Assembly (NCBI GenBank): GCA_963555825.3
Contig: CAUVXB020000002.1
Coordinates: forward strand, 800,001-864,000
Direction of reading: 5' to 3'
DNA: 64,000 nt
Origin: Alphaproteobacteria bacterium
GTDB taxonomy: Bacteria > Pseudomonadota > Alphaproteobacteria > JAAXGF01
The translations under genes and the position numbers were made by a program. The notes below the pieces were generated by a model. The model was not told the DNA's origin, did not search any database, and saw only the letters and a program-made list of their open reading frames with translations. This document shows positions 1-9,896 of the stretch, piece after piece. Each line of letters opens with the position of its first letter. Position 1 is the first letter of the stretch.

Positions 1-202
1 ATGCGATCACTCGCACGAAACACGGAACTCATCGCAAGACCCGCCCTGGATACAAAGCCATAACCAATGGAAGAGACGATCATGTGGCGTAGATTAAATC
101 CACCTTGACAGCAAACGCCTCATATAAGGAGACATACCAATGTGACTGGCGAGTTGTGTGACAAATCATGCGTGGCGTAGAGAAGTTCGGCGCGTTTTTC
201 CG

Positions 203-2869
203 TCATCTTTCCCAGCTGATGATATTGTACGAGTCAGCGGTCTTCTCGATTTTCGACGTGGTGGACCCCAAACTGCTAACGTCGCCTGTCGTAAATGCAT
301 AATTGATGCGGGCGATGAACATCGTTCCCGAGACCGACTCTACCGACACGTTCTCGACATAGACGATTTCCAAGCGTTTCCCACTACGAGTCATAAAATG
401 CTGATTCTTGAAGTATCTTTTGATCACCGATTTCAGGCGATCATCTGTTTCGACCTCGGCCTTGTCGACGACGACATCCGGCGTCGACGGCGCGGTTAGC
501 AGCGTGGTCTGGACTCCACCGCTGGCAAGAGACCCATAGGTCATTCCCCCCGTTTTGAATGCCAGAACCCTGTACGCAAAACCGGTCCATTCGAGCGTCG
601 CGATACCGTGGTCATCGGATTTGAAACAAATATTCTCCCAAATATATTCAACATTTATAGTTATTATGTTACTAGATATTTCTAACGTTTTCATTTTTGT
701 AATAGAAATCATTTTGCTTCGGTGAAATTTTCTTGATGTTGTACATTTTCTTTGTATTTTTCTTTTATTGTAAAATTTGGTAATTGCCTGGCGGACTTCC
801 GGATCGGCGAGGATTTCTTCTTCCGAGGGAACGACGGCCGTCTGCGAGGGCGCCGTCAGTAGCGCCGTTTGGGTCTCCTGCTGGGCCTTGCGCTCCTCCT
901 CCTTTCGCTTGGCCTCCTCGGCCGCCTGGCGCTTGCGCTCGGCCTCGGCCGCCGCCACCTTGCGCTCGGCGGAGGCGAGGCGCACCTGCGCCAGGGTGGC
1001 GTACGTGCCGGCCGGGTATTGCTGTAGGTAGGCTTTGTAATCGACCGGGTTGGCGCTGGTCTTGACCGCGTCCCACAGCGCGCGTTCGGCGGCGCTGCGC
1101 TCGGCCTCGCGGCGCGCCGCGTCCTCGACGACCTTGCGCTCGGCTGCCTTGCGCGCGGCATCTTCCTCGGCCTGGCGCTTGCGCTCGGCCGACGCGGTAG
1201 CCGCCTGGCGTTCGACCTCGGCCTTGCGGTTACGCGCCAACGCGGCGAAGTCGCCGTCCGGGTAGCGTTGCAGATAGGCGTCGTAGTCGGCCGGATTGGC
1301 GCTGTCCTTGACCGAGTTCCAGTAGCCCAGCTCGGCCGCCAGGCGTTGCGCCGCCTCGGCGGCGGTCTGCTCCTTGGCGGCCTTCTCGGCGGCGATGCGC
1401 CGGCGCTCGGCCGCCTCGGCCTCGGCCCGCTCGGCGGCCGCCATCCGCGCCTTGGCGAGCGGCACGAAGTTGCCTTCCGGGAAGCGCTCCATATAGGCCT
1501 GGTAGTCGGCCGCGCTGCCGCCGTCCTTGATCGCGTTCCAGAACTCGAACTCGGCCATGTTGGCCTGGTCGGCCGAGCGCCGTTCCGCCTCGGCGTCGAG
1601 CGACCCGACGCGCGCCCTGGCGAGCGGCGCGAAGATGCCGTTGGGATAGGCCTCCAGGTAGGCCTCATAGTCCCTGGCGTTCTGGCTGTCCTTGACCGCC
1701 TGCCACAACGCGATCTCGGCCGGCGCGATGGCCGACGTCGGCGCCGCCGCGGGCTCGGCAGCAGTCGGTGCCGTCGGCGTCATGGCCACCGGCACGAACA
1801 GGAAGTCGCCGCCGTCGTGGCCGGCCTTGCGGATATCGGCGTACTCCGGCGTCTGATCGGCGTTGACGACGATCGGCCGCTTGATCGCGTCGAACAGCGC
1901 CTGGCCGTCGAGCACTTGCGTGTTCTTGCGCAGCGCCTCGAGAAAGGACTTGGCAAAGACCGAGTAGTCGCCACCGCCGGCGTCCAACACTGGCTCCAAC
2001 CCGCCCGAGGTCAGCGCCGTGCGCGAACGCCGTGCGTTCATGCGGCTGATCCAAGCCGTGCGCTCGGCGCCCGTCCTGAGCTCCGCTGCGAAGTCGCGGG
2101 TCAGCTTGCCCGAGTAGCAGCTATCGGCGATGACCATGACGTGCTTCGCGCGCATCGCTCGAAGCGTGCTGGTGATCGTTGTGTTGCGCACCCAGTTCGC
2201 CGAACTGTCCGGCTCGGCATCGACCGGCAGCCAAAACCCCTCGTCCGCGCCGATGTCCAGGCTGCCGTGACCAGCGTAGTAAACCAGCAGATTGTCGTTC
2301 TCGGTCAGATCGGCGCGAAGCCTATCTAACGCCGAAATTATGTCGTAGCGGGTCGCGTCGATCAGCGTCACGACGTCGAAGGCGTAGCGCTCGCCGAGCA
2401 TCTCGGCCACCGCCCGGGCGTCGCTCGCCGCCATTTTGAGGTCGGTCAGATGATCGTAGTCGTTGTTGCCGATCACCAGGGCGTAGTAGTCGCCGTAATC
2501 GATGCCCTCGGCGGTCGCCGCGGTGCGGCGCACGAACACCTTGTGCTCGGCCTTGTCGCCGTACGAGCCCTCGAGCACCAGCAACAGGCGGCTGCGGCCG
2601 ACCGGGACCTGCTGGCGGATGCGGAACGAGCCGTCCCCGGCGACCGCCACCGGCATGCCGTTGACCGTCAGCGTCACCTCGCCCGGCGCGATCGCCCGGC
2701 CGGTGAAATCGACGGTCTCCTGATCGATGTCGAGCCGCTTGGGCGCGTCGATTACCGCGAGGCTCGACTGTGCCAGCACCAACGGCGCGGTCACCTCGCC
2801 CGCGGCGTCGGCGCGTGCGTTGCCCGACAGGCCGAGAACCAGCAGGGCAGCGAACACCGCCCACTTCAT
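203..2869 (-). CDS. Exported caspase-family (peptidase C14) protein with Ig-like N-domain, four helical repeats and two tandem C-terminal domains
   Basis: Signal peptide MKWAVFAALLVLGLSGNARA; YALVIGNNDY, YYAGHG (His) and DSCYSG (Cys) caspase motifs; 4 repeats W..(V/I)K.....DY.AY...(Y/F)P.G....LA..R. Confidence 0.85.
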   Translation of the reverse strand: MKWAVFAALLVLGLSGNARADAAGEVTAPLVLAQSSLAVIDAPKRLDIDQETVDFTGRAIAPGEVTLTVNGMPVAVAGDGSFRIRQQVPVGRSRLLLVLEGSYGDKAEHKVFVRRTAATAEGIDYGDYYALVIGNNDYDHLTDLKMAASDARAVAEMLGERYAFDVVTLIDATRYDIISALDRLRADLTENDNLLVYYAGHGSLDIGADEGFWLPVDAEPDSSANWVRNTTITSTLRAMRAKHVMVIADSCYSGKLTRDFAAELRTGAERTAWISRMNARRSRTALTSGGLEPVLDAGGGDYSVFAKSFLEALRKNTQVLDGQALFDAIKRPIVVNADQTPEYADIRKAGHDGGDFLFVPVAMTPTAPTAAEPAAAPTSAIAPAEIALWQAVKDSQNARDYEAYLEAYPNGIFAPLARARVGSLDAEAERRSADQANMAEFEFWNAIKDGGSAADYQAYMERFPEGNFVPLAKARMAAAERAEAEAAERRRIAAEKAAKEQTAAEAAQRLAAELGYWNSVKDSANPADYDAYLQRYPDGDFAALARNRKAEVERQAATASAERKRQAEEDAARKAAERKVVEDAARREAERSAAERALWDAVKTSANPVDYKAYLQQYPAGTYATLAQVRLASAERKVAAAEAERKRQAAEEAKRKEEERKAQQETQTALLTAPSQTAVVPSEEEILADPEVRQAITKFYNKRKIQRKCTTSRKFHRSKMISITKMKTLEISSNIITINVEYIWENICFKSDDHGIATLEWTGFAYRVLAFKTGGMTYGSLASGGVQTTLLTAPSTPDVVVDKAEVETDDRLKSVIKRYFKNQHFMTRSGKRLEIVYVENVSVESVSGTMFIARINYAFTTGDVSSLGSTTSKIEKTADSYNIISWER

Positions 2870-3044
2870 CGCTCAACCCCCTTCATGGAGAGAGATTAGC
2901 GAACGCAACCGGTTCTGTGAATGGCATGCGTCGCACGCATAGGCCGTTGCGAATTCCGGACAATCCGCCGTTTGTGCTGGGGCGCGGGCTGTGAGACTAT
3001 CGCGCCGGCGGCGCCGAGGGCCGCCGGATTCGGGGAGTACGATC

Positions 3045-5348
3045 ATGCCGCTCGACGAAAACCACGGCTACGCGCCGCGCGACTTCAAGCAGGTCGGCTC
3101 GCGGCCACTCAGGCCCGACGGCGTCGACAAGGTGACCGGCCGCGCGCGCTTCGGCGCCGACGCGACGGCGTCCGGCATGCTGATCGCCAAGATACTGCGC
3201 AGCCCGCACGCCCACGCCCGCATCCTGGGCTTCGACACCTCGAAGGCCGTGGCGCTGGAGGGCGTCAAGGCGGTCGTCACGCGCGACGATTTTCCCGACG
3301 TCGACCCGGACGCCATCATGACCGGCGAGGAGGACGACGAGCTGCGCTGGGTCGCGACCAACGTCATGGCGCGCGACAAAGCGCTCTACCAGGGCCACAC
3401 GGTGGCCGCCGTCGCCGCGACCAACGCGCGTATCGCGACCCAAGCGCTCGGCCTGATCGATGTCGATTACGAAGTGCTGCCCCATGTCACCGACGTCGAC
3501 GAAGCGATGAAGCCCGGCGCGCCGGTGCTGCACGACGACATGTTCACCTCGGGCGTCGAGCCAAAGCCAGAGACGCCGTCGAACGTCGCGAGCCGCGTCG
3601 AGGTCGTCCACGGCGACGTCGAGGCGGGCTTCGCCGAGGCCGACGTCATCATCGAACGCGACTTCACCACCGAGGCGGTGCACCAGGGCTATATCGAGCC
3701 GCACGCTTGCCTGGCGAGTTATGGCGAGGACGGCCAGGCCGAGCTGTGGTGCTGCACCCAGGGCCACTTCGCGATCCGCAACGGCTGCGCCCAGATCCTC
3801 GGCATGGACATCTCGAAGCTGCGCGTCACGGCGTCCGAGATCGGTGGCGGCTTCGGCGGCAAGACGCGCGTCTTCATCGAGCCGGTCGCGCTGGCGCTGT
3901 CGCGCAAGGCGGGCCGGCCGGTCAAGCTGGTGCTGACGCGGGAAGAGGAGTTCATCGGCACCGGGCCGACCGCGAGCACTGCCATGACGGTCAAGATCGG
4001 CGCCACCAACGACGGCCGGCTGGTCGCTGGCGAGGCGTTGCTGAAGTACCAGGGCGGCGCCTTCCCGGGCTCGCCGGTCGGCTCGGGCGTGATGACCGCT
4101 TTCGCCTGCTACGACATGGACCACGTCAAGGCGGTCGGCTACGACGTCGTCACCAACCGGCCGAAGGCGGCGGCCTACCGCGCGCCGGGCGCGCCGATGG
4201 CGGCTTTCGCGGTCGAAAGCGTCGTCGACGAGATCGCCGAGACGATCGGCATGGACCCGGTCGAGCTGCGCCTGAAGAACGCCGCCAAGCAAGGCACCAA
4301 GGCGGCCTACGGGCCGACCTTCGGGCCGATCGGCTTCGTCGAGACGCTCGAGGCGGCCAAGGGCCACGCCAATTACGCCGCGCCGCTCGGCGCCAACCAG
4401 GGCCGCGGCGTCGCCAGCGGCTATTGGTTCAACTGGGACGGCGAGACCGCGGTCGGCCTCAACGTCAACCTCGACGGCACCGTGATGGTCGCCGTCGGCA
4501 CGCCCGACATCGGCGGCTCGCGCGCCTCGATGTGCCTGATGGCGGCCGAGGAGCTGGGCATCGACTACGACCGCGTGCGCACCTACGTCGCCGACACCGG
4601 CGCGCTCGGCTTCAACGACGTCTCGGCGGGCAGCCGGGTGACCTTCGCCTGCGGCATGGCGACGATCCAGGCGGCGCGCGACGTGATTGCCGAGATGTGC
4701 GGCCGGGTGGCCAAGATATGGGGCATCCCGGCCGACGCGGTCACCTGGGAGGACGGCTGCGCCAAGCCGTCCGGATCCAACGCCGGCGATTTCGAGCCGA
4801 TGTCGCTGGCCGCTATCGCCAAGATCCAGGCCGAGACCGGCGGGCCGATCGCCGGCCACGCCGAGTTCAGCGCCAAGGGCGTCGGCGTCAGCTTCGGCAC
4901 CCATGTCGTCGACGTCGAGGTCGACCCCGAGACCGGGCGCGTCACGGTGCTGCGCTATCTGGTGACCCAGGACGCCGGCAAGGCGATTCATCCGAGCTAT
5001 GTCGAGGGCCAGTTCCAGGGCGGCGCGGCGCAGGGCGTCGGCTGGGCGATCAACGAGGAATACGTCTACGGCGCCGACGGCCGGCTGCAGAACCCGGGCT
5101 TCCTGGACTACCGCATGCCGGTCGCCTCGGATTTGCCGATGATCGACACGGTGATCGTCGAGGTGCCCAACCCGGGCCATCCCTATGGCGTGCGCGGCGT
5201 CGGCGAGACCTCGATCATCCCGCCGATGGCGGCGGTCGCCAACGCCGTGGCCCGGGCGACCGGCGTGCGCATGACCTCGCTGCCGATATCGCCGCCCAAG
5301 CTGCTGGCGGCGCTCGGCGCGGCCAGCCCGAAGCTGGCCGCCGAGTAG
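3045..5348 (+). CDS. Xanthine dehydrogenase/CO dehydrogenase family molybdopterin-binding large subunit
   Basis: RPDGVDKVTG, LRSPHAHARI, QGYIEPH, IGGGFGGK, AYRAPG, GVRGVGE motifs; ATG at 3045 after GGGGAG. Confidence 0.9.
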   Translation: MPLDENHGYAPRDFKQVGSRPLRPDGVDKVTGRARFGADATASGMLIAKILRSPHAHARILGFDTSKAVALEGVKAVVTRDDFPDVDPDAIMTGEEDDELRWVATNVMARDKALYQGHTVAAVAATNARIATQALGLIDVDYEVLPHVTDVDEAMKPGAPVLHDDMFTSGVEPKPETPSNVASRVEVVHGDVEAGFAEADVIIERDFTTEAVHQGYIEPHACLASYGEDGQAELWCCTQGHFAIRNGCAQILGMDISKLRVTASEIGGGFGGKTRVFIEPVALALSRKAGRPVKLVLTREEEFIGTGPTASTAMTVKIGATNDGRLVAGEALLKYQGGAFPGSPVGSGVMTAFACYDMDHVKAVGYDVVTNRPKAAAYRAPGAPMAAFAVESVVDEIAETIGMDPVELRLKNAAKQGTKAAYGPTFGPIGFVETLEAAKGHANYAAPLGANQGRGVASGYWFNWDGETAVGLNVNLDGTVMVAVGTPDIGGSRASMCLMAAEELGIDYDRVRTYVADTGALGFNDVSAGSRVTFACGMATIQAARDVIAEMCGRVAKIWGIPADAVTWEDGCAKPSGSNAGDFEPMSLAAIAKIQAETGGPIAGHAEFSAKGVGVSFGTHVVDVEVDPETGRVTVLRYLVTQDAGKAIHPSYVEGQFQGGAAQGVGWAINEEYVYGADGRLQNPGFLDYRMPVASDLPMIDTVIVEVPNPGHPYGVRGVGETSIIPPMAAVANAVARATGVRMTSLPISPPKLLAALGAASPKLAAE

Positions 5349-5359
5349 GGCGGCGGCCG

Positions 5360-5605
5360 ATGGTCCGCGTGCAACTCGGCGGCACGCTCAAGAACGCCGC
5401 CGGGGGGACAAGCGAGTTCGAGATCGAGGCCGCGACGATCCGCGAGCTGCTCGACCGGCTCGGCGAGCAATGCCCCAAGCTCTGCCCGGTGCTCGAGCGC
5501 GGCGTCGCCGTCGCGATCGACGGCCAGATCTATCGCGCCCAATGGTTCCAGCCCGTACCGCCCGACAGCGAGGTCTTCATCCTGCCGCGCATGACCGGCG
5601 GCTAG
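5360..5605 (+). CDS. MoaD/ThiS family sulfur-carrier protein
   Basis: 81 aa, ubiquitin-like pattern ending LPRMTGG; directly downstream of the molybdoenzyme. Confidence 0.85.
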   Translation: MVRVQLGGTLKNAAGGTSEFEIEAATIRELLDRLGEQCPKLCPVLERGVAVAIDGQIYRAQWFQPVPPDSEVFILPRMTGG

Positions 5606-5876
5606 CCCGGAATTCTCACCATGGACAGGTGCGGCACGGCGGATATCGGACGACAGGCTAGGAAAAGCGCGCGGCGCGATGCTTGCGCATCGGGCAAGCG
5701 CTTTGACGCGGCCTGTCGTCCGAGATCCGCCGCCCTTAAGGGTCGCGCCGGGCGGGCCGTCCGCGGCGTCGAAGGCCTTGACCGTGGCCCACGCCACGCG
5801 CGGCGGCCTTCTCCTGGCGGATCGGCGACCGCCCGACGCGATGACGCGCCTGTCCATAGTGAGAACGCCAGGCTAG
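5602..5876. mobile_element. MITE family 1, copy A (275 bp, CTAG ends, about 32-bp imperfect TIRs)
   Basis: ctagcccggaattctcaccatggacaggtgcg ... cgcgcctgtccatagtgagaacgccaggctag; near-identical copy at 33710-33984. Confidence 0.85.
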
Positions 5877-5886
5877 GCCGTCAGCC

Positions 5887-6804
5887 ATGACCCGGGTCGA
5901 CGCGCCGACGGCGGCTTCACCCGCGCTCAGCTATTCGCGCGGCGTGCTTCTCGTGCTGCTCGCCGGGGTGTGCTGGTCGTCGATGGGGCTCGCCATCCGT
6001 TCCATGGAGGCCGCCAACGTCTGGCAGATCCTGTTCTACCGCTCTTGCGCGCTGGCGCCCTTCCTGTTCGCGATCATCGCCATCCGCTCGGGCGGCAGGC
6101 CGCTCGCGGTCATCCGCAAGGCCGGCGTCGCCAGCGTGATCGGCGGTCTGGCGCTGGTCGTCGCCTTTACCGGCGGCATCTATGCCATCCAGACCACGAC
6201 GGTCGCCAACGCCATGTTCCTGTTCGCGACCGCGCCCTTCATGGCCGCGCTGCTCGGCCGGCTGGTGCTGGGCGAGCGGGTGCGGTCCGCCACCTTGATC
6301 GCCGCGGCGGTCGCCCTGGTCGGCATCGTCATGATGGTCGCCGAGGGCATCGCGCTCGGCTTCATGCGCGGCAATATCGCCGCGTTCGTGTCGGCGTTCG
6401 GCTTCGCCGTCTTCACCATCGCGCTCAGATGGGGACGGCTCGAGGACATGCTGCCGACGGTGTTCCTGTCCGGCGTCTTCGCCATCGGCGCGACCGGCGC
6501 CGTGTGCCTTACGGCCGGCTACACCTTTGCGATCCCGGCTTGGGACATCTCGATCGCGCTTGCCCTCGGCGTCTTCCAGGTCGGCGCCGGGCTGGTGTGT
6601 TTCACGATCGGCTCAAGGGTCGTGCCGGCCGCCGAGCTCGCGCTCTTGTCGATGACCGAGGTCGTACTCGGTCCTCTGTGGGTCTGGCTGTTCCTCGGCG
6701 AGACCACCGGGCTCTACACGCTCTTGGGCGGCGCCATCCTGATGGCCGCGATCGCCGGCAACGCCATCTCCGGCCTCAGGCGCAAGCCGACGCCGGTGAT
6801 GTGA
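5887..6804 (+). CDS. DMT/EamA family transporter
   Basis: 305 aa, about 10 hydrophobic helices, EVVLGPLWVWLFLGE motif. Confidence 0.9.
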   Translation: MTRVDAPTAASPALSYSRGVLLVLLAGVCWSSMGLAIRSMEAANVWQILFYRSCALAPFLFAIIAIRSGGRPLAVIRKAGVASVIGGLALVVAFTGGIYAIQTTTVANAMFLFATAPFMAALLGRLVLGERVRSATLIAAAVALVGIVMMVAEGIALGFMRGNIAAFVSAFGFAVFTIALRWGRLEDMLPTVFLSGVFAIGATGAVCLTAGYTFAIPAWDISIALALGVFQVGAGLVCFTIGSRVVPAAELALLSMTEVVLGPLWVWLFLGETTGLYTLLGGAILMAAIAGNAISGLRRKPTPVM

Positions 6805-6969
6805 ACGGCGACGGCGAATTTACCCCGGAAGGCCGATCTCCAAATTCGCTGGCAAGCGCGTCAAAATCACGGCATGTTTGTTCGTCGAATGGATTGAACA
6901 CGGTCCGACAAAACTAGCGGTGCTTTCCCGAATGGCCGAAACGATCGCGCGCCGAGGCAGGAGCCTCTC

Positions 6970-8853
6970 ATGACAGAAGACACCGTCGAGCGGCGATTAT
7001 CGACAATCCTGGCCGCCGACGTCGTCGGCTACAGCCGTCTCGTCGGCATCGACGAGGCCGGCACGGTCGCCGCCATCAAGACGCTGATCAGCGGTTTGAT
7101 TGAACCGAAGGCGGTCCAGTATCACGGGCGCATCGTCAAACTGATGGGCGATGGCTTGCTGATGGAGTTCGTCAGCGTCGTCGATGCCGTGCTCTTCGCG
7201 GTCGAAATTCAGGGCGCCATCGCGATGCGAAACGAGGACATCGAAGAGGACCGCCGGATCGTCTACCGGGTCGGCATCAATATCGGCGACATCATCGTCG
7301 ACGGCGAGGACATCCACGGCGATGGCGTCAATATCGCCGCGCGGCTCGAAACCATCGCGGAACCCGGCGGCATCTATATTTCCGACGCGGCCTTTAGCCA
7401 AGTCCGGGGCAAGCTCGATCTGACCTTCGAAAGCCTCGGCGAACAGATGGTCAAGAACATCGCCCAGCCGGTGTCGGTCTGCCGCGTCGTCATGGACGAC
7501 AAGGCCAACGACCGTATCACCGACGTGCAGCGCGCCGAGCAGCAACGCCGGCCATTATCGCTGTTGATTGCTGCGGGTGTCGCGGTTTTCGCCATCGTTG
7601 GCGGTCTCGCTTGGTGGCAGTTCGGCAAGCCACCAGCCGCGCCCGAAGCGCCGGCTCAAGCCGTCCTGCCATTGCCTGACAAACCCTCGGTCGTCGTGCT
7701 GCCGCTCAAGAACCTGTCGGACGAGGCCGGCCAGGACAGCCTGTCGAGCGCCATCTCAGAGGACATCACCACGGAGCTCTCGCGCTTTTCCGATCTCTTC
7801 GTCATTTCGCCCGATTCGGCGAACTTCTATCGCGACCAGAAGAAGACGCCCAAACAAATCGGCCGCGAGCTGGGCGTCCGCTATGTCTTGGCGGGCAGCA
7901 TGCGGCGGGCGGGAGACCGCTTGCGCGTCACCGTTCAACTGATCGAGGCTGAGAGCGAATCGCAGGTGTGGACCGAAAAGTACGACCGCACGATCACCGA
8001 TGTCTTCGTCGTGCAGGACGAGATTGTCCGCTCGGTGGTGACCGCGCTGGGCGAGACGATCTGGCGCAGCGCCGCCGCCAAACTGGCCGCCAAGCCGTTG
8101 GAGAACTTCGCCGCCTCCGACTTTCTCCTGCAGGGGCTGGAGGTCTTCCACAAGCTGAACAAGGACGCGACCCAAGAAGCACGGCGACTGTTCCTGAACG
8201 CCAACGAACTGGAGCCCGAGTTCGGACTGCCCTATATCGGTCTCGCCTGGACCCATTACATTGAATACCGCGCCCAATGGGTCGAAACGGGCCCGGAGGC
8301 ACTGGACAAAGCGACCGAATTTGCCGAGCAAGCATCGGAGTACCTCGGCAGCGACGATAAGGTTTATCGAATCTTGTCGAAAATCAGCCAGGCGCGCGGC
8401 GAATTCGACAAGGCGCTGGCGCAAATCGAGCGGGCGTTGGAGCTCAACCCGAACGACGGCGACCTGCTCGCCACCTATGGCGACATGCTGGCCTATGCGG
8501 GGCAGAGCGGTGACGCCCGACCCTGGGTCGACGACGCCATGCGCCGCAACCCGCATTTCCCCGACTGGTATGCCTCGGTGCTGGCCAAGATCCTCTATCT
8601 CCAGAAGGACTACGATGGCGCCATAGCTGCCCTCAACCGCGTCGGAACGCTGGCGATCTGGGATCGTCGCATCCTGGCCGCCAGCTACGGGCAACTGGGC
8701 CGCCGAGACGACGCGCAGAAGCACGTCGAGGCCGTGCTCGAAAGCGATCCCGAATTTTCGCTGGCGACGTTCAAATCGACGGTCCAATACCGCCGCGACG
8801 CCGACAAGGATCACTTCCTCGACGGCCTGAAGAAAGCGGGATTGCCGGAATAG
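6970..8853 (+). CDS. Class III adenylate/guanylate cyclase with TM helix, TolB-like domain and TPR repeats
   Basis: ERRLSTILAADVVGYSRL, GDG, RVGINIGD, GDGVNIAARL; LPDKPSVVVLP TolB-like motif; ALELNPND TPR. Confidence 0.9.
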   Translation: MTEDTVERRLSTILAADVVGYSRLVGIDEAGTVAAIKTLISGLIEPKAVQYHGRIVKLMGDGLLMEFVSVVDAVLFAVEIQGAIAMRNEDIEEDRRIVYRVGINIGDIIVDGEDIHGDGVNIAARLETIAEPGGIYISDAAFSQVRGKLDLTFESLGEQMVKNIAQPVSVCRVVMDDKANDRITDVQRAEQQRRPLSLLIAAGVAVFAIVGGLAWWQFGKPPAAPEAPAQAVLPLPDKPSVVVLPLKNLSDEAGQDSLSSAISEDITTELSRFSDLFVISPDSANFYRDQKKTPKQIGRELGVRYVLAGSMRRAGDRLRVTVQLIEAESESQVWTEKYDRTITDVFVVQDEIVRSVVTALGETIWRSAAAKLAAKPLENFAASDFLLQGLEVFHKLNKDATQEARRLFLNANELEPEFGLPYIGLAWTHYIEYRAQWVETGPEALDKATEFAEQASEYLGSDDKVYRILSKISQARGEFDKALAQIERALELNPNDGDLLATYGDMLAYAGQSGDARPWVDDAMRRNPHFPDWYASVLAKILYLQKDYDGAIAALNRVGTLAIWDRRILAASYGQLGRRDDAQKHVEAVLESDPEFSLATFKSTVQYRRDADKDHFLDGLKKAGLPE

Positions 8854-8860
8854 GCACCCG

Positions 8861-8912
8861 CGCCGGCAATGCCATCTCGGGCCTGCGCCGCAAACCGCCG
8901 TCGGTGATCTAA
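8861..8912 (+). repeat. Diverged duplicate of the 3' end of the DMT gene (6753-6804)
   Basis: Ungapped 52-bp match (42/52 by manual count); encodes AGNAISGLRRKPPSVI* versus AGNAISGLRRKPTPVM*. Confidence 0.85.
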
Positions 8913-9030
8913 ACGCGGACGGACCCCTCTCGGCCTCCAGCGAAGCCCCCATTTTGCCCGCGATGACGGGAGGATATGGTACATCCTCGCAGCGCTGCGG
9001 GGGCCGAACCGCGTGCGCCGAAGGGATGTC

Positions 9031-9492
9031 ATGAGCGTCGACAATATGCAGCCGTCCAAGCGAGACGAACCGGACGATCGGGCCCTGTTCAATCGCCTTG
9101 TCGTGGCGTACCGGCGCGGCGAGGTTGCTATCGATATCGACGCGGCTGCGCTGGGACATCCCCATTGCCCCTTGTCGGCAAAGGTTTATTCGACGCGCGC
9201 GTTCTATGCGATCGTCGCCGTGGTCGGCCTGTCGTTCGCGGTGTTCGGTTATGAAGTGGCGATTGGCGCCACGGTGGGATCGCTCGTGTTTTACTGGATC
9301 GTCGGCCGCCGCCTGGTGCATCGCAAGATGCGGGCGTTCGCCTGCGCACAGATCACGGGCAACGTCGAGCTGTGGCGGAAGATGTGGCGTTTCGGCGCCA
9401 TCACCCTGTCGCGGGTAACGGCAGACGGTCCGCTGCACTGCCGCGCGCCGGAGGAGAGTTGGCGTGCATTTTCCAGAGACTGCAAAACTTGA
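9031..9492 (+). CDS. Hypothetical membrane protein
   Basis: 153-aa ORF with two hydrophobic helices, ATG after AAGGGA. Confidence 0.65.
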   Translation: MSVDNMQPSKRDEPDDRALFNRLVVAYRRGEVAIDIDAAALGHPHCPLSAKVYSTRAFYAIVAVVGLSFAVFGYEVAIGATVGSLVFYWIVGRRLVHRKMRAFACAQITGNVELWRKMWRFGAITLSRVTADGPLHCRAPEESWRAFSRDCKT

Positions 9493-9896
9493 ACGGTGCC
9501 TCGGGCTATTTCGGGCATGCCCTCGACGCCGGCCATGCGGATTTTGGTATTTCGCCGTTCGACGTCTGCCGATCGCGCCGGACCGCAGGTTCGTCTCCGA
9601 CCTCGAGAGCACGGCCGCGCTGGACTAGAAACGGCGGCGGAAAGCCCGCGGTTCCGATCGACGCCACCGATGTTCGCTGACCGCTCCAAACCGGACGCCG
9701 GAAACGAGATCGCTGGACGCCTCCTAATGCCTCTTTGCGGACCCCGGGGATGAAGGTCACGGCGATTGCTCGGTGGCCAAGCGAATGGCACTGACGGCTA
9801 CATTGTTGTAGCATGCAAAATACGAACAGATGAGTCGGACCCGATTTCCTTGGACACAGAATTGGCTTAATCGAAGTGTCCAAGGAGGACCGGAAC

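Noticed and set aside
79-181. Short direct repeat atcatg(cg)tggcgtaga and a TTGACA..TATAAG promoter-like pair
   Set aside because: Only two short copies, 12-bp spacing is non-canonical, and the window edge removes context.
620-790. DGR template or variable repeat in the A-rich caspase segment
   Set aside because: No near-identical repeat differing only at adenines and no reverse transcriptase in the window.
2921-5605. Long alternative-frame and antisense ORFs (e.g. 894 aa at 2921, 727 aa at 2997, 809 aa at 28582, 559 aa at 16798)
   Set aside because: Shadow ORFs caused by high-GC codon bias over real genes; Arg/Gly/Pro-rich with no motifs.
9493-9830. Possible gene-tail remnant (IAPDRRFVSDLESTAALD*) and degenerate repeats
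   Set aside because: No matching parent gene in the window and no recognisable motif.
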